A stretch of DNA of 64,000 bases from positions 25,856-89,855 of the forward strand of contig JAAVDB010000001.1 of NCBI GenBank assembly GCA_014802015.1, written 5' to 3'. The notes beneath the pieces were generated by a model that ran no database searches, was not told where the DNA came from, and saw nothing but the letters and a program-made list of their open reading frames with translations. Positions 41,001 to 50,140 of the stretch are shown piece by piece. Positions within the stretch are counted from its first letter, which is position 1. Every line of letters begins with the position of its first letter. The stretch is from Bacteroides sp. (lineage in GTDB: Bacteria > Bacteroidota > Bacteroidia > Bacteroidales > Muribaculaceae). A program made the position numbers and the translations under genes.

Positions 41001-42564
41001 ATATATATCATTATTGCTGCTTGCCGTAACGGCGGCAGTGCTGACGGGGTGTATCAAGAACAATATCCCGTATCCCTATATAAATGTCAACTTCACGACA
41101 TTTGACGTGGAGGGAAGCGAGCGCCCGTCGGCCATCGACAGCATCCAGCGCACGGTCACAGTCTATCTCACCGAGGATGTCGACATCCGAAATGTCGTGG
41201 TCAACGGTTTCACGCTGTCACCTGCCGACGGAGTGTGGGCCGACTCGGCCGCCTATCTCAACGGCATCGATATGTCATCGCCTCTCACCACTGTCCTGTC
41301 GCTCTATCAGGACTATACATGGACCATCACGGCCCGTCAGGAGATCGAGCGCTACTTTACCGTCGAGCAGCAGGTAGGAGCATCTGTAATAGATGTTCCC
41401 GGTCATAGAATCATTGCATACGTGGCTCAGTCGGCACCGATCAACTCATTGCTCGTGACCTCGATCAAGCTGGCGGGTGGCAATGCCGTCATGACGCCTG
41501 ACCTGAGTGATCAGCGAGCCGATTTCACGGCTCCGGTCCATGTGGATGTGACGCAATATGGCCGCACAGAGCGTTGGACTATATATGTCGTGCCGACCGA
41601 GGAGACCGTCACCACCGAGCGCGTCGACGCATGGAGCTGTGTGGCATGGCTGTACGGCTCAGCCGAGGAGGGTAAGGATAACGGTTTTGAATACCGTCGG
41701 GCTGATTCCGACTCATGGGTGAAACTCACAGCCGACCAACTGACTATTGACGGTGGAGCCTTCACAGGTCGCCTCACCGGCCTCACACCTCTGACATCAT
41801 ACGTGGCGCGGGCATACAGCGATGCCGATTACGGCGCTGAGATCGAGTTTACCACTCAGGGTACGGCTCAATTACCCAACAGCGATTTTGAACAGTGGTG
41901 GCTTGACGGCAAGGTCTGGGATCCGTGGGCCGAGGGTGGCGAGTCATTCTGGGACACCGGAAACAAGGGTGCGACCACGCTCGGCACAAGCAATACATAT
42001 CCGTCGGACGACACGCCTACGGGCAAAGGACGTTCGGCCTGTCTTGAGACGCGTTTTGTCGGCATTGGTCCCGTGGGTAAGCTCGCCGCTGGCAATATCT
42101 TTGCAGGTAAGTACGTCAAGACTGACGGTACAAACGGTATCCTGTCGTTCGGCAGACCGTGGACAACGCGTCCGACACGTCTGCGCGGATGGATGAAGTA
42201 TCACAGCGCTGCCATCTCAAGCACCACGGTAGGATACGAGAATCTGAAGGGTGAACCCGACACCGGTATTATATGGATCGCGCTTATCGACACTGACGAG
42301 CCGTTTGAGATACGGACCAATCCTAATAACCGACAGCTGTTCGACCCCGACGGTCCGAGTGTAGTGGCTTACGGCAAGGCTGAATGGAATACGGATGTCA
42401 CCGAATGGACCCGTTTTGAGATAACGCTCGATTACAAATCCACATCGCGTGTGCCGAAATATCTGTTATGCACAGGGTCAGCCTCGGCGCTCGGCGACTA
42501 CTTCACCGGCGGTAACGGATCGGTGCTGATGATTGACGATTTTGAGCTGATGTTCGATTATTGA
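40987..42564 (+). CDS. Surface lipoprotein with FN3-like and C-terminal PCMD-like domain
   Basis: Lipobox LTGC, GLTPLTSYVARAY, QLPNSDFEQW, WDTGN.G, AAGNIFAG, RPTRLRG, LMIDDFEL. GTG start. Confidence 0.7.
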   Translation: MSRFRYISLLLLAVTAAVLTGCIKNNIPYPYINVNFTTFDVEGSERPSAIDSIQRTVTVYLTEDVDIRNVVVNGFTLSPADGVWADSAAYLNGIDMSSPLTTVLSLYQDYTWTITARQEIERYFTVEQQVGASVIDVPGHRIIAYVAQSAPINSLLVTSIKLAGGNAVMTPDLSDQRADFTAPVHVDVTQYGRTERWTIYVVPTEETVTTERVDAWSCVAWLYGSAEEGKDNGFEYRRADSDSWVKLTADQLTIDGGAFTGRLTGLTPLTSYVARAYSDADYGAEIEFTTQGTAQLPNSDFEQWWLDGKVWDPWAEGGESFWDTGNKGATTLGTSNTYPSDDTPTGKGRSACLETRFVGIGPVGKLAAGNIFAGKYVKTDGTNGILSFGRPWTTRPTRLRGWMKYHSAAISSTTVGYENLKGEPDTGIIWIALIDTDEPFEIRTNPNNRQLFDPDGPSVVAYGKAEWNTDVTEWTRFEITLDYKSTSRVPKYLLCTGSASALGDYFTGGNGSVLMIDDFELMFDY

Positions 42565-42637
42565 GATTGATGCATCACGGGGCCAAACCTTTTGTCTCCG
42601 TTGATGTTAATAAGATATAACATATATTAATCCTATT

Positions 42638-43330
42638 ATGAAAAGAATTTTAACCGTAATCTCTCTCGCCCTTGTACTGATGTGTTCATCGACTGGAGCA
42701 TCCGCCCAGTCACTTTCCGATCTGCTTAACAGTCTCGGACAGGGCAACAAGACCGAATCGACTGACACCAAGAAGAGCGGCAGTGTCAGCGATCTTATCT
42801 CAGGTGTTGCCGGAGCGCTCGGTCTCGGCAATTCAAAGGCCGGAGTGGATCAGCTCGCCGGCACATGGCAGTATGTATCACCCGCAGTAAGCTTCAAGAG
42901 TGATAATTTCCTTCTCAAGGCCGGAGGTGCGGCCGCCGCAACGACCGTAGAGAAAAAACTTGAACCTTATTATAAGACTGCCGGTCTTAATAATCTCGTG
43001 ATTACGATCGACACCGATTCGACCTTTACATTCAAGGCTAACCGCGTGTCGCTCAACGGCAAGGTGAATTATAATGAGACCGAGAAGGTATATGAATTTC
43101 ATTTTCAGGCCTTCAAGAAGGTCAATATCGGATCGATGGCCGCCTATATCCAGCTTACGGGCGATAATATGGAACTGACATTCGATGTATCCAAGCTTAT
43201 GACCCTCATGCAGCGTATCAGCTCGCTTACCAATAATTCGACACTCAAAGGTGCCTCTACCTTGCTCAATCAGTATGACGGCATGACGGCCGGATTCGGC
43301 ATGAAGCGTACGGCCAAGGCCAATAAATAG
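42638..43330 (+). CDS. Exported protein, DUF4923/lipocalin-like
   Basis: Signal peptide, LAGTWQY, LKAGGAAAA, LTFD.SKL, YDGM..GF. Confidence 0.7.
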   Translation: MKRILTVISLALVLMCSSTGASAQSLSDLLNSLGQGNKTESTDTKKSGSVSDLISGVAGALGLGNSKAGVDQLAGTWQYVSPAVSFKSDNFLLKAGGAAAATTVEKKLEPYYKTAGLNNLVITIDTDSTFTFKANRVSLNGKVNYNETEKVYEFHFQAFKKVNIGSMAAYIQLTGDNMELTFDVSKLMTLMQRISSLTNNSTLKGASTLLNQYDGMTAGFGMKRTAKANK

Positions 43331-43353
43331 CATCACGAAATACTGTCATCGAC

Positions 43354-44292
43354 GTGATATCGGTAATTATACCGGCATACAATGCGCAAGCCTACCTCCG
43401 GGAGTGTCTGGAGAGTGTGCTTGCGCAGTCTTTTTCCGACTGGGAGGCGATAGTGGTCGATGACGGCTCGACTGACACTACGGCTGAGATAGCACGTGGC
43501 TATCAGGCCCGGGACCATAGGATCAGAGTCTTTTCTACTGTCAACGGCGGGGTGTCGTCAGCCCGGAATAGAGCTCTTGAAATGGCGCGGGGTGAGTGGG
43601 TGACGTTTCTTGACAGCGATGACCTGTTGCCTCAAGGAGCACTGCAGGCTTATATGGATAATGCTGCCGAGGGGGTGGACGTCATAGCTGGGCGATGGGC
43701 CCGCGCGGATGTCAGCATTACATCGTCGGCTGATGATGTGTCACCACGACATTACGGTGCGGAGAGTGCACTCGCAGGAGGACTTTATCAGACAGGGATT
43801 TCGACCATGGTAGGTGCTAAGATGTATTCACGCAGAACGCTTGGAAATGTCAGATTCCATAACGATATCAGATATGAGGATCTGGTATTTTTCTGTGAAG
43901 CTTTGCTTGCGGCATCAGAGGTGGTCGAGATAGCTGACGTGACATACTTTTACCGTGATAATCCGGGCAGTTTTATCAATACATTTTCGCCCGAACGGCT
44001 TGACGTGCTGGCGGCAACCGAGAGAATAGAGAATATGTGTGCATCTGCTCCCTCGCTCTTACGTGCCGCACGTGACCGCCGGCTGAGTGCCGCGTTCAAT
44101 ATTTATGGACTGTTGGCCAGATACGCCTCTGGGCGAGATGATGATATGAAGCATTGCTGGGATATAATCCGTGATAACCGTCGGTCAAGTCTGTTCAACG
44201 GACGGGTACGTATGAAAAACAAGGCAGGAATTATTCTCAGCTATCTCGGGCCTACGTTCTTAAAGCACATCATGCGCATGGCCACACGTTAG
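43354..44292 (+). CDS. Glycosyltransferase family 2
   Basis: ISVIIPAYN, VDDGSTD, NGGVSSARN, FLDSDD. Confidence 0.92.
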   Translation: MISVIIPAYNAQAYLRECLESVLAQSFSDWEAIVVDDGSTDTTAEIARGYQARDHRIRVFSTVNGGVSSARNRALEMARGEWVTFLDSDDLLPQGALQAYMDNAAEGVDVIAGRWARADVSITSSADDVSPRHYGAESALAGGLYQTGISTMVGAKMYSRRTLGNVRFHNDIRYEDLVFFCEALLAASEVVEIADVTYFYRDNPGSFINTFSPERLDVLAATERIENMCASAPSLLRAARDRRLSAAFNIYGLLARYASGRDDDMKHCWDIIRDNRRSSLFNGRVRMKNKAGIILSYLGPTFLKHIMRMATR

Positions 44293-45080
44293 AAGCGGCT
44301 GTTGAACCGTCTGCGCTCGGGATCAAATATCCATCCCCATTTGTTGAAATACCTGATCATGTTGACTATGTGTATCCACAGCATCCGCGGAGAGTGATAG
44401 GATGCGGCGCGATGTCGATGTACTATCGTGGCGCCGGGCCAGTATAAGGTCAGGTAACGGCGGTGGAGGCGGCGCGTCAGGTCGATGTCCTCAGGATACA
44501 TGAAAAATCGCTCGTCAAACAGTCCGACATCTCTCAACGCATCTTTCCGCATGAACATAAAGCTCCCCTGATGATATGGTATATTCCATGAGCGCGACGG
44601 GTCAAGGTGCTTAAGCAGATAACGGTCCCGACGACGTGCGAACAGGCGTGACGGGAAAAATCGTCGGATAAAAACATCAGCCGGGGTAGGGAGCATGCGG
44701 CATGTGTACTGCCGATCGCCGTCAATACCCGTCATGCGTGGCTGGAGAGTCCCGACTTCAGGGTGTGACTCCATGTATCCCTCTATCCGTGTGATGACAT
44801 CGGGTGCGAACTCGATGTCGCTGTTCATCACGAGGTGATAACTGCCTTCGGTGATGTCAAGTTCGCGCCGCAGAGCCAGATTGTGTCCGGCACCGTAGCC
44901 GCGGTTGTCGGCAGGGATGTATATGATCTGCGGATGCGCTGATGCCCAGTCGCGTACACGTGTGTCACGTCCGTTGTCGACGATATATATACGTGACACT
45001 TCCGGACTCGCAAGCGATCGGACGCATGTGTCGAGTTCGGACAGCGGGGTGCGGTATGTGACTATCGATACGCTGACCAT
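44289..45080 (-). CDS. Glycosyltransferase family 2 (WbbL/rhamnosyltransferase-like)
   Basis: IVDN, NRGYGAGHN, MNSD, FDERFFMYPEDIDL. Confidence 0.9.
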   Translation of the reverse strand: MVSVSIVTYRTPLSELDTCVRSLASPEVSRIYIVDNGRDTRVRDWASAHPQIIYIPADNRGYGAGHNLALRRELDITEGSYHLVMNSDIEFAPDVITRIEGYMESHPEVGTLQPRMTGIDGDRQYTCRMLPTPADVFIRRFFPSRLFARRRDRYLLKHLDPSRSWNIPYHQGSFMFMRKDALRDVGLFDERFFMYPEDIDLTRRLHRRYLTLYWPGATIVHRHRAASYHSPRMLWIHIVNMIRYFNKWGWIFDPERRRFNSRF

Positions 45081-45191
45081 ACTTTTTTTACAACGTTTTT
45101 TGACTTAATTTTATTGCTATTTGCAGTGCGAGTCAGAATTGTTTTGTACTTTTGCGTGGGGTAAAGTGTGCCCTGAGTAAATTGCCTTTTT

Positions 45192-46709
45192 ATGAAGATT
45201 TTTAGCACTGAAAATATTCGCAAGATTGACCGCTACACCATCGAGTCGGAGGGCGTAAGTTCGCAGGAACTTATACGCCGTGTCGCCGAGGGGGTGGCCG
45301 GAGAGATAATAGGCCGCTGGAGCCCTTCGACACCCGTAGTGATTTTTGCCGGGTCGGGCAATAACGGAGCGGACGCCCTCGCTGTGGGTCGGCTGTTGCT
45401 TGAGGCCGGATTCTATCCGCACATACTGCTATTCAACTTCAACGGCAATTCACTGTCACGTGACTGTCAGCAGGCCAAGCGTGAGCTTCTCGCCACGGGT
45501 TATCAGGGGCTGGTCGAGATTATCGACCGAGCCGAACTGCCGTCACTGACCCCCGAGCACCTTGTCATCGACGGCCTCTTCGGCTCAGGACTGCGTGACC
45601 CGCTTGAAGGCGGCTTCGTGATGCTGGCCCGCAGCATCAGCGAGTCGGGTGCGACGGTAATCTCCATTGATGTTCCTTCAGGCCTGTTCGGTGACTGGAA
45701 CGCGCGTGTGATAGGGCGTAATGTCGTGCATGCCACCCTCACGATGGCCGTGCAGTTTCCGCGTCTGTCATTCTTTCTGAGTGACAATGCCGATCTTGTC
45801 GGCAAATGGAAAATTATCGACATCGGTCTCAGCAGCCGTGCGATCATGGAGACCCCGACCAAATACTTCTACGTGGAGCGTGATGAGGTGCGTGCCGTGC
45901 TCAAGCGACGCAAACCGTTCTCGTCAAAGGCTGATTACGGACATGCCCTGCTTTTTGCGGGATGTTACGGTATGGCCGGAGCCGCTGTCCTGGCCGCACG
46001 CGGAGCATTGCGCAGCGGTGTGGGTAAGCTCACGGTCCACAGTGCGCGTGCGACTTTCCCGGTGCTTCAGGGTCAGGTGCCCGAGGCGCTGTTCTCACCT
46101 GACCGGCACGATTTCGTCATCTCCGACATGGCCGTGCGGTTCAGCTGTTCGGCCATAGGCGTCGGCCCCGGCATAGGCACTAACGATGCGACGCGCGGTG
46201 CGCTTGAGACATTTATCAAGTCCTACAACAGGCCGATCGTGATAGATGCCGACGCGCTCAACGCCATAGCGCAGAATCACACTCTGCTCGACCATATTCC
46301 CCCCGGCTCGATACTGACTCCCCATGCCGGAGAGTTTGACCGGATATTCGGTATACAGACCTCAGCCGAGGCCCGCCTGCTCAAAGCCATGGAGGTAGCC
46401 CACAAATACAAGATATTGATAGTGCTGAAAGGCCGCTACACGGCTACGGTGCGTCCTGACGGCAAAGTGTTCTTCAACTCGACCGGCTCGCCGGCGATGG
46501 CCACGGCCGGCAGCGGTGATGTGCTCACCGGCATCATAACGTCACTGCTCGCGCAGGGTTACAAGCCCGAAGCCGCATCCGTAGCAGGTGTGTACATCCA
46601 CGGTCTCGCCGGAGAATTGGCTGCTGAGTCGGAGGGAGAATACGGCACAACGGCGCTTGACATAGCAGCCAATGTGGGTAGAGCCATAAAAAATATAATG
46701 GAAATATGA
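45192..46709 (+). CDS. nnr: Bifunctional NAD(P)H-hydrate epimerase/dehydratase
   Basis: GSGNNGAD, DGLFGSG, IDVPSG, GPGIG, DADAL, TPHAGEF, ATAGSGDVL. Promoter TACTTTTG at 45147-45154. Confidence 0.93.
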   Translation: MKIFSTENIRKIDRYTIESEGVSSQELIRRVAEGVAGEIIGRWSPSTPVVIFAGSGNNGADALAVGRLLLEAGFYPHILLFNFNGNSLSRDCQQAKRELLATGYQGLVEIIDRAELPSLTPEHLVIDGLFGSGLRDPLEGGFVMLARSISESGATVISIDVPSGLFGDWNARVIGRNVVHATLTMAVQFPRLSFFLSDNADLVGKWKIIDIGLSSRAIMETPTKYFYVERDEVRAVLKRRKPFSSKADYGHALLFAGCYGMAGAAVLAARGALRSGVGKLTVHSARATFPVLQGQVPEALFSPDRHDFVISDMAVRFSCSAIGVGPGIGTNDATRGALETFIKSYNRPIVIDADALNAIAQNHTLLDHIPPGSILTPHAGEFDRIFGIQTSAEARLLKAMEVAHKYKILIVLKGRYTATVRPDGKVFFNSTGSPAMATAGSGDVLTGIITSLLAQGYKPEAASVAGVYIHGLAGELAAESEGEYGTTALDIAANVGRAIKNIMEI

Positions 46710-47809
46710 ATCTGTTTATGAAACATCAACTGATAGCACTGCTGCTCGGTGCCTGCTCGCTGGCCGGTGCAAACGCACAGACCACTACCAAACTTACCGC
46801 CACCAAGGCCAACGAATATGGTCTGATATATACATTGCCTCTGACTACGTTTGAGGTGACGATCGCCGCTGAAAAGACTGTCCGCACACCGGGTGAGTTT
46901 TATCAGTATGCCCGAAAGTATCTCAACGCCGATCCCATCCTTGCGCCGTCAACATCGTGGCGCATCACCGAGGCTGTCATCGAGCCGCTGGCCTATCAGG
47001 ATGAGAACGAGCGTTACCTCGTGACACTCAAGGGGGGCAACGGAACATTCGTAGCCGTCGACGACAGCAATTTTCCCGTCTCGATCAATGATGACGGATA
47101 CGAGCCTGAAACATCCGGCGTGGTGAAACCTGTGAGAGTGGCGCCCGAGCCGACTGTGCTCGAACGTCCCGTGGCTCGTCAGGCGGTTACCCCCGAGATG
47201 ATTCAGAGCAAGTCGTCGGCCAAGCGTGCCGAGCTTGCCGCAAACAAGATTTACGAACTCCGTACCAACCGCAACGAGATAATCTCGGGTCAGGCTGATG
47301 CCATGCCCTCGGACGGAGCTGCCATGAAGTTGGCGCTTGAGCAGATTGCGGCTCAGGAGGATGCGCTCACGGCAATGTTTCTCGGCACGGTGCAGACATC
47401 GGTCGAGGTGCGTACCTATAGATTTGCCGTGCCGGCCGACGGAGAGCCCGAGCGCAGTATCGTAGCGCGACTGTCGGCTGTGGATGGTCTTGTGGCGGCC
47501 GATGACCTGTCAGGCGCGCCTATATATGTCACCGTCTCGCCGGTGTCACGCGGACAGCTCCCGCTGAATGAAAAGGGTGTTGCAAAAACTTTCCCTAAGG
47601 GAGGCGTGGCTTACCGCATCCCGGGTACGGCTGACGTGAGCGTGGATTATGACGGTGCCACATTGGCCCGCGGTACATACGAGGTGGCGCAATATGGCGT
47701 TGTGTTCGGTCTTGACCCCGCACTCTTCACATCCAAGAAATCGCCCGCTTATCTGCGTTTCAATCCCCTCACCGGCTCGATCCGTGAGCTCGGCACGCTC
47801 GGAGAGTGA
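46706..47809 (+). CDS. Exported protein, DUF4831-like
   Basis: Signal peptide, YTLP, PGEFYQYARKYL, AYRIPG, AQYG. Family name from recall and synteny with nnr. Confidence 0.65.
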   Translation: MNLFMKHQLIALLLGACSLAGANAQTTTKLTATKANEYGLIYTLPLTTFEVTIAAEKTVRTPGEFYQYARKYLNADPILAPSTSWRITEAVIEPLAYQDENERYLVTLKGGNGTFVAVDDSNFPVSINDDGYEPETSGVVKPVRVAPEPTVLERPVARQAVTPEMIQSKSSAKRAELAANKIYELRTNRNEIISGQADAMPSDGAAMKLALEQIAAQEDALTAMFLGTVQTSVEVRTYRFAVPADGEPERSIVARLSAVDGLVAADDLSGAPIYVTVSPVSRGQLPLNEKGVAKTFPKGGVAYRIPGTADVSVDYDGATLARGTYEVAQYGVVFGLDPALFTSKKSPAYLRFNPLTGSIRELGTLGE

Positions 47810-47849
47810 TACATTACGTCTGCACGTTAAGTTTTTTCATCGCCACGAT

Positions 47850-48839
47850 ATGAACGATATATCTGTTGCTTTTACCGATTTTTGGCCTGCGTTTGATGTC
47901 AGAGACAATTTCATTCTCTCAGCGCTTCGCGAGAAGTTTAATGTCTCTGTTGTGGATGTCTCCGAAAAGCCGGATATACTGTTTTATTCTTTTTTCGGAA
48001 CACGTAATCTGAATTATCCCGCCCCGGTGAGAGTGTATTTTACCGGCGAAAATGACGTGCCTGATTTTAATCTGTGTGATTATGCGATGTCGTTCCATAA
48101 CATAGATTTTGGCGGACGTCATCTGCGGTTGCCCCTTTATGTGCTTTATCCCGAGTTTGATGCACTGTGCAATGGGATTGTAGTGCTTCCGGATTCTCCA
48201 TACGAGCGCGATTTCTGTAGTATGGTGGTAAGCAATATGAAAAACAGTGACAACGCGCGGCGTGATTTCTTCTATGGATTGTCAGAGTATCGTCAGGTTG
48301 CATCGGGCGGGAGGTTTGCAAATAATGTCGGCGGACGTGTCGCCGATAAGATGGCGTTTATCTCAAAATACCGTTTTAATATAGCGTTTGAGAACAGCAG
48401 TGTGCCCGGATATACGACAGAAAAAATCATCGAGGCTTTTGCTGCCGGTTCAGTACCGCTGTATTGGGGTGATCCGTTGATAGATAAGGAATTTAATTCC
48501 GGCGCGTTCGTCAATATAATGGATTTCGGCTCCATTGATGACGCGGTAAGATATGTGGCAGAGCTTGACAAGGATAAAGAGCGCTATCTTGAGTTTTTCG
48601 ATCATAATCCATTGCTTAACAATCCATATATTAACTGGAAAGAACGTGTTGCTGAGTTCCTCACATCCATCGCGGGGTCAATGAAACGTTGCCGTGTCGA
48701 TAACGGAGCTATCGGTTCGCTGTTCCGCAGACGTGTGTCAAGGGAGAATACTTACGACATCGTCACGATGAAACGTCCCTTTGAAAAACTTTCCGGCTTA
48801 TTTAACATTCATTCCCGAGCCGGCTCTAAGAAATCCTGA
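47850..48839 (+). CDS. Alpha-1,3/4-fucosyltransferase (GT10)
   Basis: FTGEN..PDFNLCDYA, RLPLY, KYRFNIAFENS...GYTTEKIIEAF.AG.VPLYWG. Start placed at ATG 47850 (MNDISVAFTDFW). Confidence 0.88.
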   Translation: MNDISVAFTDFWPAFDVRDNFILSALREKFNVSVVDVSEKPDILFYSFFGTRNLNYPAPVRVYFTGENDVPDFNLCDYAMSFHNIDFGGRHLRLPLYVLYPEFDALCNGIVVLPDSPYERDFCSMVVSNMKNSDNARRDFFYGLSEYRQVASGGRFANNVGGRVADKMAFISKYRFNIAFENSSVPGYTTEKIIEAFAAGSVPLYWGDPLIDKEFNSGAFVNIMDFGSIDDAVRYVAELDKDKERYLEFFDHNPLLNNPYINWKERVAEFLTSIAGSMKRCRVDNGAIGSLFRRRVSRENTYDIVTMKRPFEKLSGLFNIHSRAGSKKS

Positions 48840-48871
48840 GCCGGCTCTAAGAAATCCTGAGTCGGATCTAA
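48800..48871. repeat. Degenerate third copy of the 36-bp element plus a 21-bp tandem repeat (GAGCCGGCTCTAAGAAATCCT x2.6)
   Basis: ATTTAACATTCATT at 48800-48813 is identical to copies 1 and 2. Tandem units lie at 48817, 48838 and 48859 (partial, 2 mismatches). Confidence 0.85.
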
Positions 48872-48895
48872 TCATTTAGTGATAAATAACGGACA

Positions 48896-49049
48896 AAAAT
48901 ATAAGAGGACTGTCATCCGACAGTCCTCTTTTGATGCGATAATGATTGGTTTTATCTACTAAAAAACTATTTTTGCAACCGTATTCTATTGTTTGGTATT
49001 GATTCTTATATCTTGACCCTCTCCTGATAGAGAGGTTGTTTGTTTCAAC
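48896..49049 (-). ncRNA. Candidate sRNA A (~150 nt)
   Basis: Perfect -7 TAATTTTG (49054-49061), no substantial ORF, internal hairpin CCTCTC...GAGAGG, terminator AAGAGGACTGTC-N4-GACAGTCCTCTT. Confidence 0.5.
48903..48932. terminator. Bidirectional intrinsic terminator
   Basis: 12-bp perfect stem with T-rich tails on both strands. Confidence 0.8.
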
Positions 49050-49188
49050 GCTACAAAATTACGGCATGATTGTTACAAACAGGTTACGATCGTGAGACAA
49101 TTTTACAACAATAGGAACAAAACGTCATTTTTAACATTTCAGGGTTGTATAACAGACTCCCCGTTGCCTGATAATCAACGGTAGAAAC

Positions 49189-49256
49189 AAAAAACACGGG
49201 GCTGTCGTCTCGACAGCCCCGTGTTTTTAACCTTAAATCTAATACCATGAAAACAC
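49189..49256 (-). ncRNA. Candidate sRNA B (~68 nt; GTGTTTTCATGGTATTAGATTTAAGGTT + terminator)
   Basis: Near-consensus -7 (TATTATTTG) immediately upstream, AU-rich single-stranded 5' part, perfect stem AAAAACACGGGGCTGTC/GACAGCCCCGTGTTTTT plus U-tract. Confidence 0.55.
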
Positions 49257-49414
49257 AGTGCAAATAATAGTAACTACATCATTAAAACCAACGGTATGAT
49301 AAAAAGTTCACGGGCAAATCCGATTTAACAACCGTTAACATTCTAAGACAAAAAATTGTAGTAATTTAGCGACAAAATAATATAATTCACTACAAAACAG
49401 GTTATATTTTCAAT

Positions 49415-50140
49415 ATGAACGCACGCATATTAGCGATTGACGACGAGGAGTCGATTTGTGAGATCATTAAATACAATCTGCAGAAAGAAGGCTATGAGGT
49501 AGATGTAGCCTATAGTGCTGAAGAGGCTCTGGAAATGGATCTGAAGTCCTACGACCTCTTTATCGTGGATATTATGATGGAGCGTCTGAGCGGATTTGAT
49601 TTCGCCAAGACATTGCGCAACTCGAACGGTATAGAGAATGTTCCTATCATCTTCTGTTCGGCTCTCAACGGTGAAGATGACACCGTAATGGGCCTTAACA
49701 TCGGTGCCGACGATTATATCACCAAGCCGTTCAAGATGAGTGAGCTTGTGGCCCGTGTAAACGCCGTGCTGCGTCGCGCAGCCATCGCGCGCCGAGCCAT
49801 GCAGGCCGCGGCCGCACCGGCAGTCAGTGCCGAGCCGATGGAGAGCAGCATCGAGTACAAGACTCTCTGCATCGATCCTAATGACAAGACATGTCGCATC
49901 GATGGTGAGATCGTGCCGCTGACCAAGACCGAATTTGAGATCCTTTATTTCTTCCTGACACACCGCAATCGCATATATTCGCGTGAGGAGATCATACGTC
50001 GAGTGTGGGATGATGATGTAGTCGTCACCACCCGTACCATTGACACTAACATCACCCGTCTCCGCAAGAAAATAGGTGTCTACGGCAACAATATCGAGAC
50101 CCGTCTGGGATTCGGATATGGTTTTAAAGAGAAGGATTAA
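49415..50140 (+). CDS. OmpR/PhoB-family response regulator
   Basis: IDDE, DIMM (phospho-Asp), GADDYITKPF, winged helix RTIDTNITRLRKK, TRLGFGY. Confidence 0.95.
   Translation: MNARILAIDDEESICEIIKYNLQKEGYEVDVAYSAEEALEMDLKSYDLFIVDIMMERLSGFDFAKTLRNSNGIENVPIIFCSALNGEDDTVMGLNIGADDYITKPFKMSELVARVNAVLRRAAIARRAMQAAAAPAVSAEPMESSIEYKTLCIDPNDKTCRIDGEIVPLTKTEFEILYFFLTHRNRIYSREEIIRRVWDDDVVVTTRTIDTNITRLRKKIGVYGNNIETRLGFGYGFKEKD

Noticed and set aside
47649-47849. Longer N-terminus for the GT10 ORF as given in the ORF track (similarly 664-1620, 19246, 25331, 50076, 54969)
   Set aside because: These extensions overlap upstream genes or promoters. Downstream ATGs match the family N-termini and follow AT-rich initiation regions.
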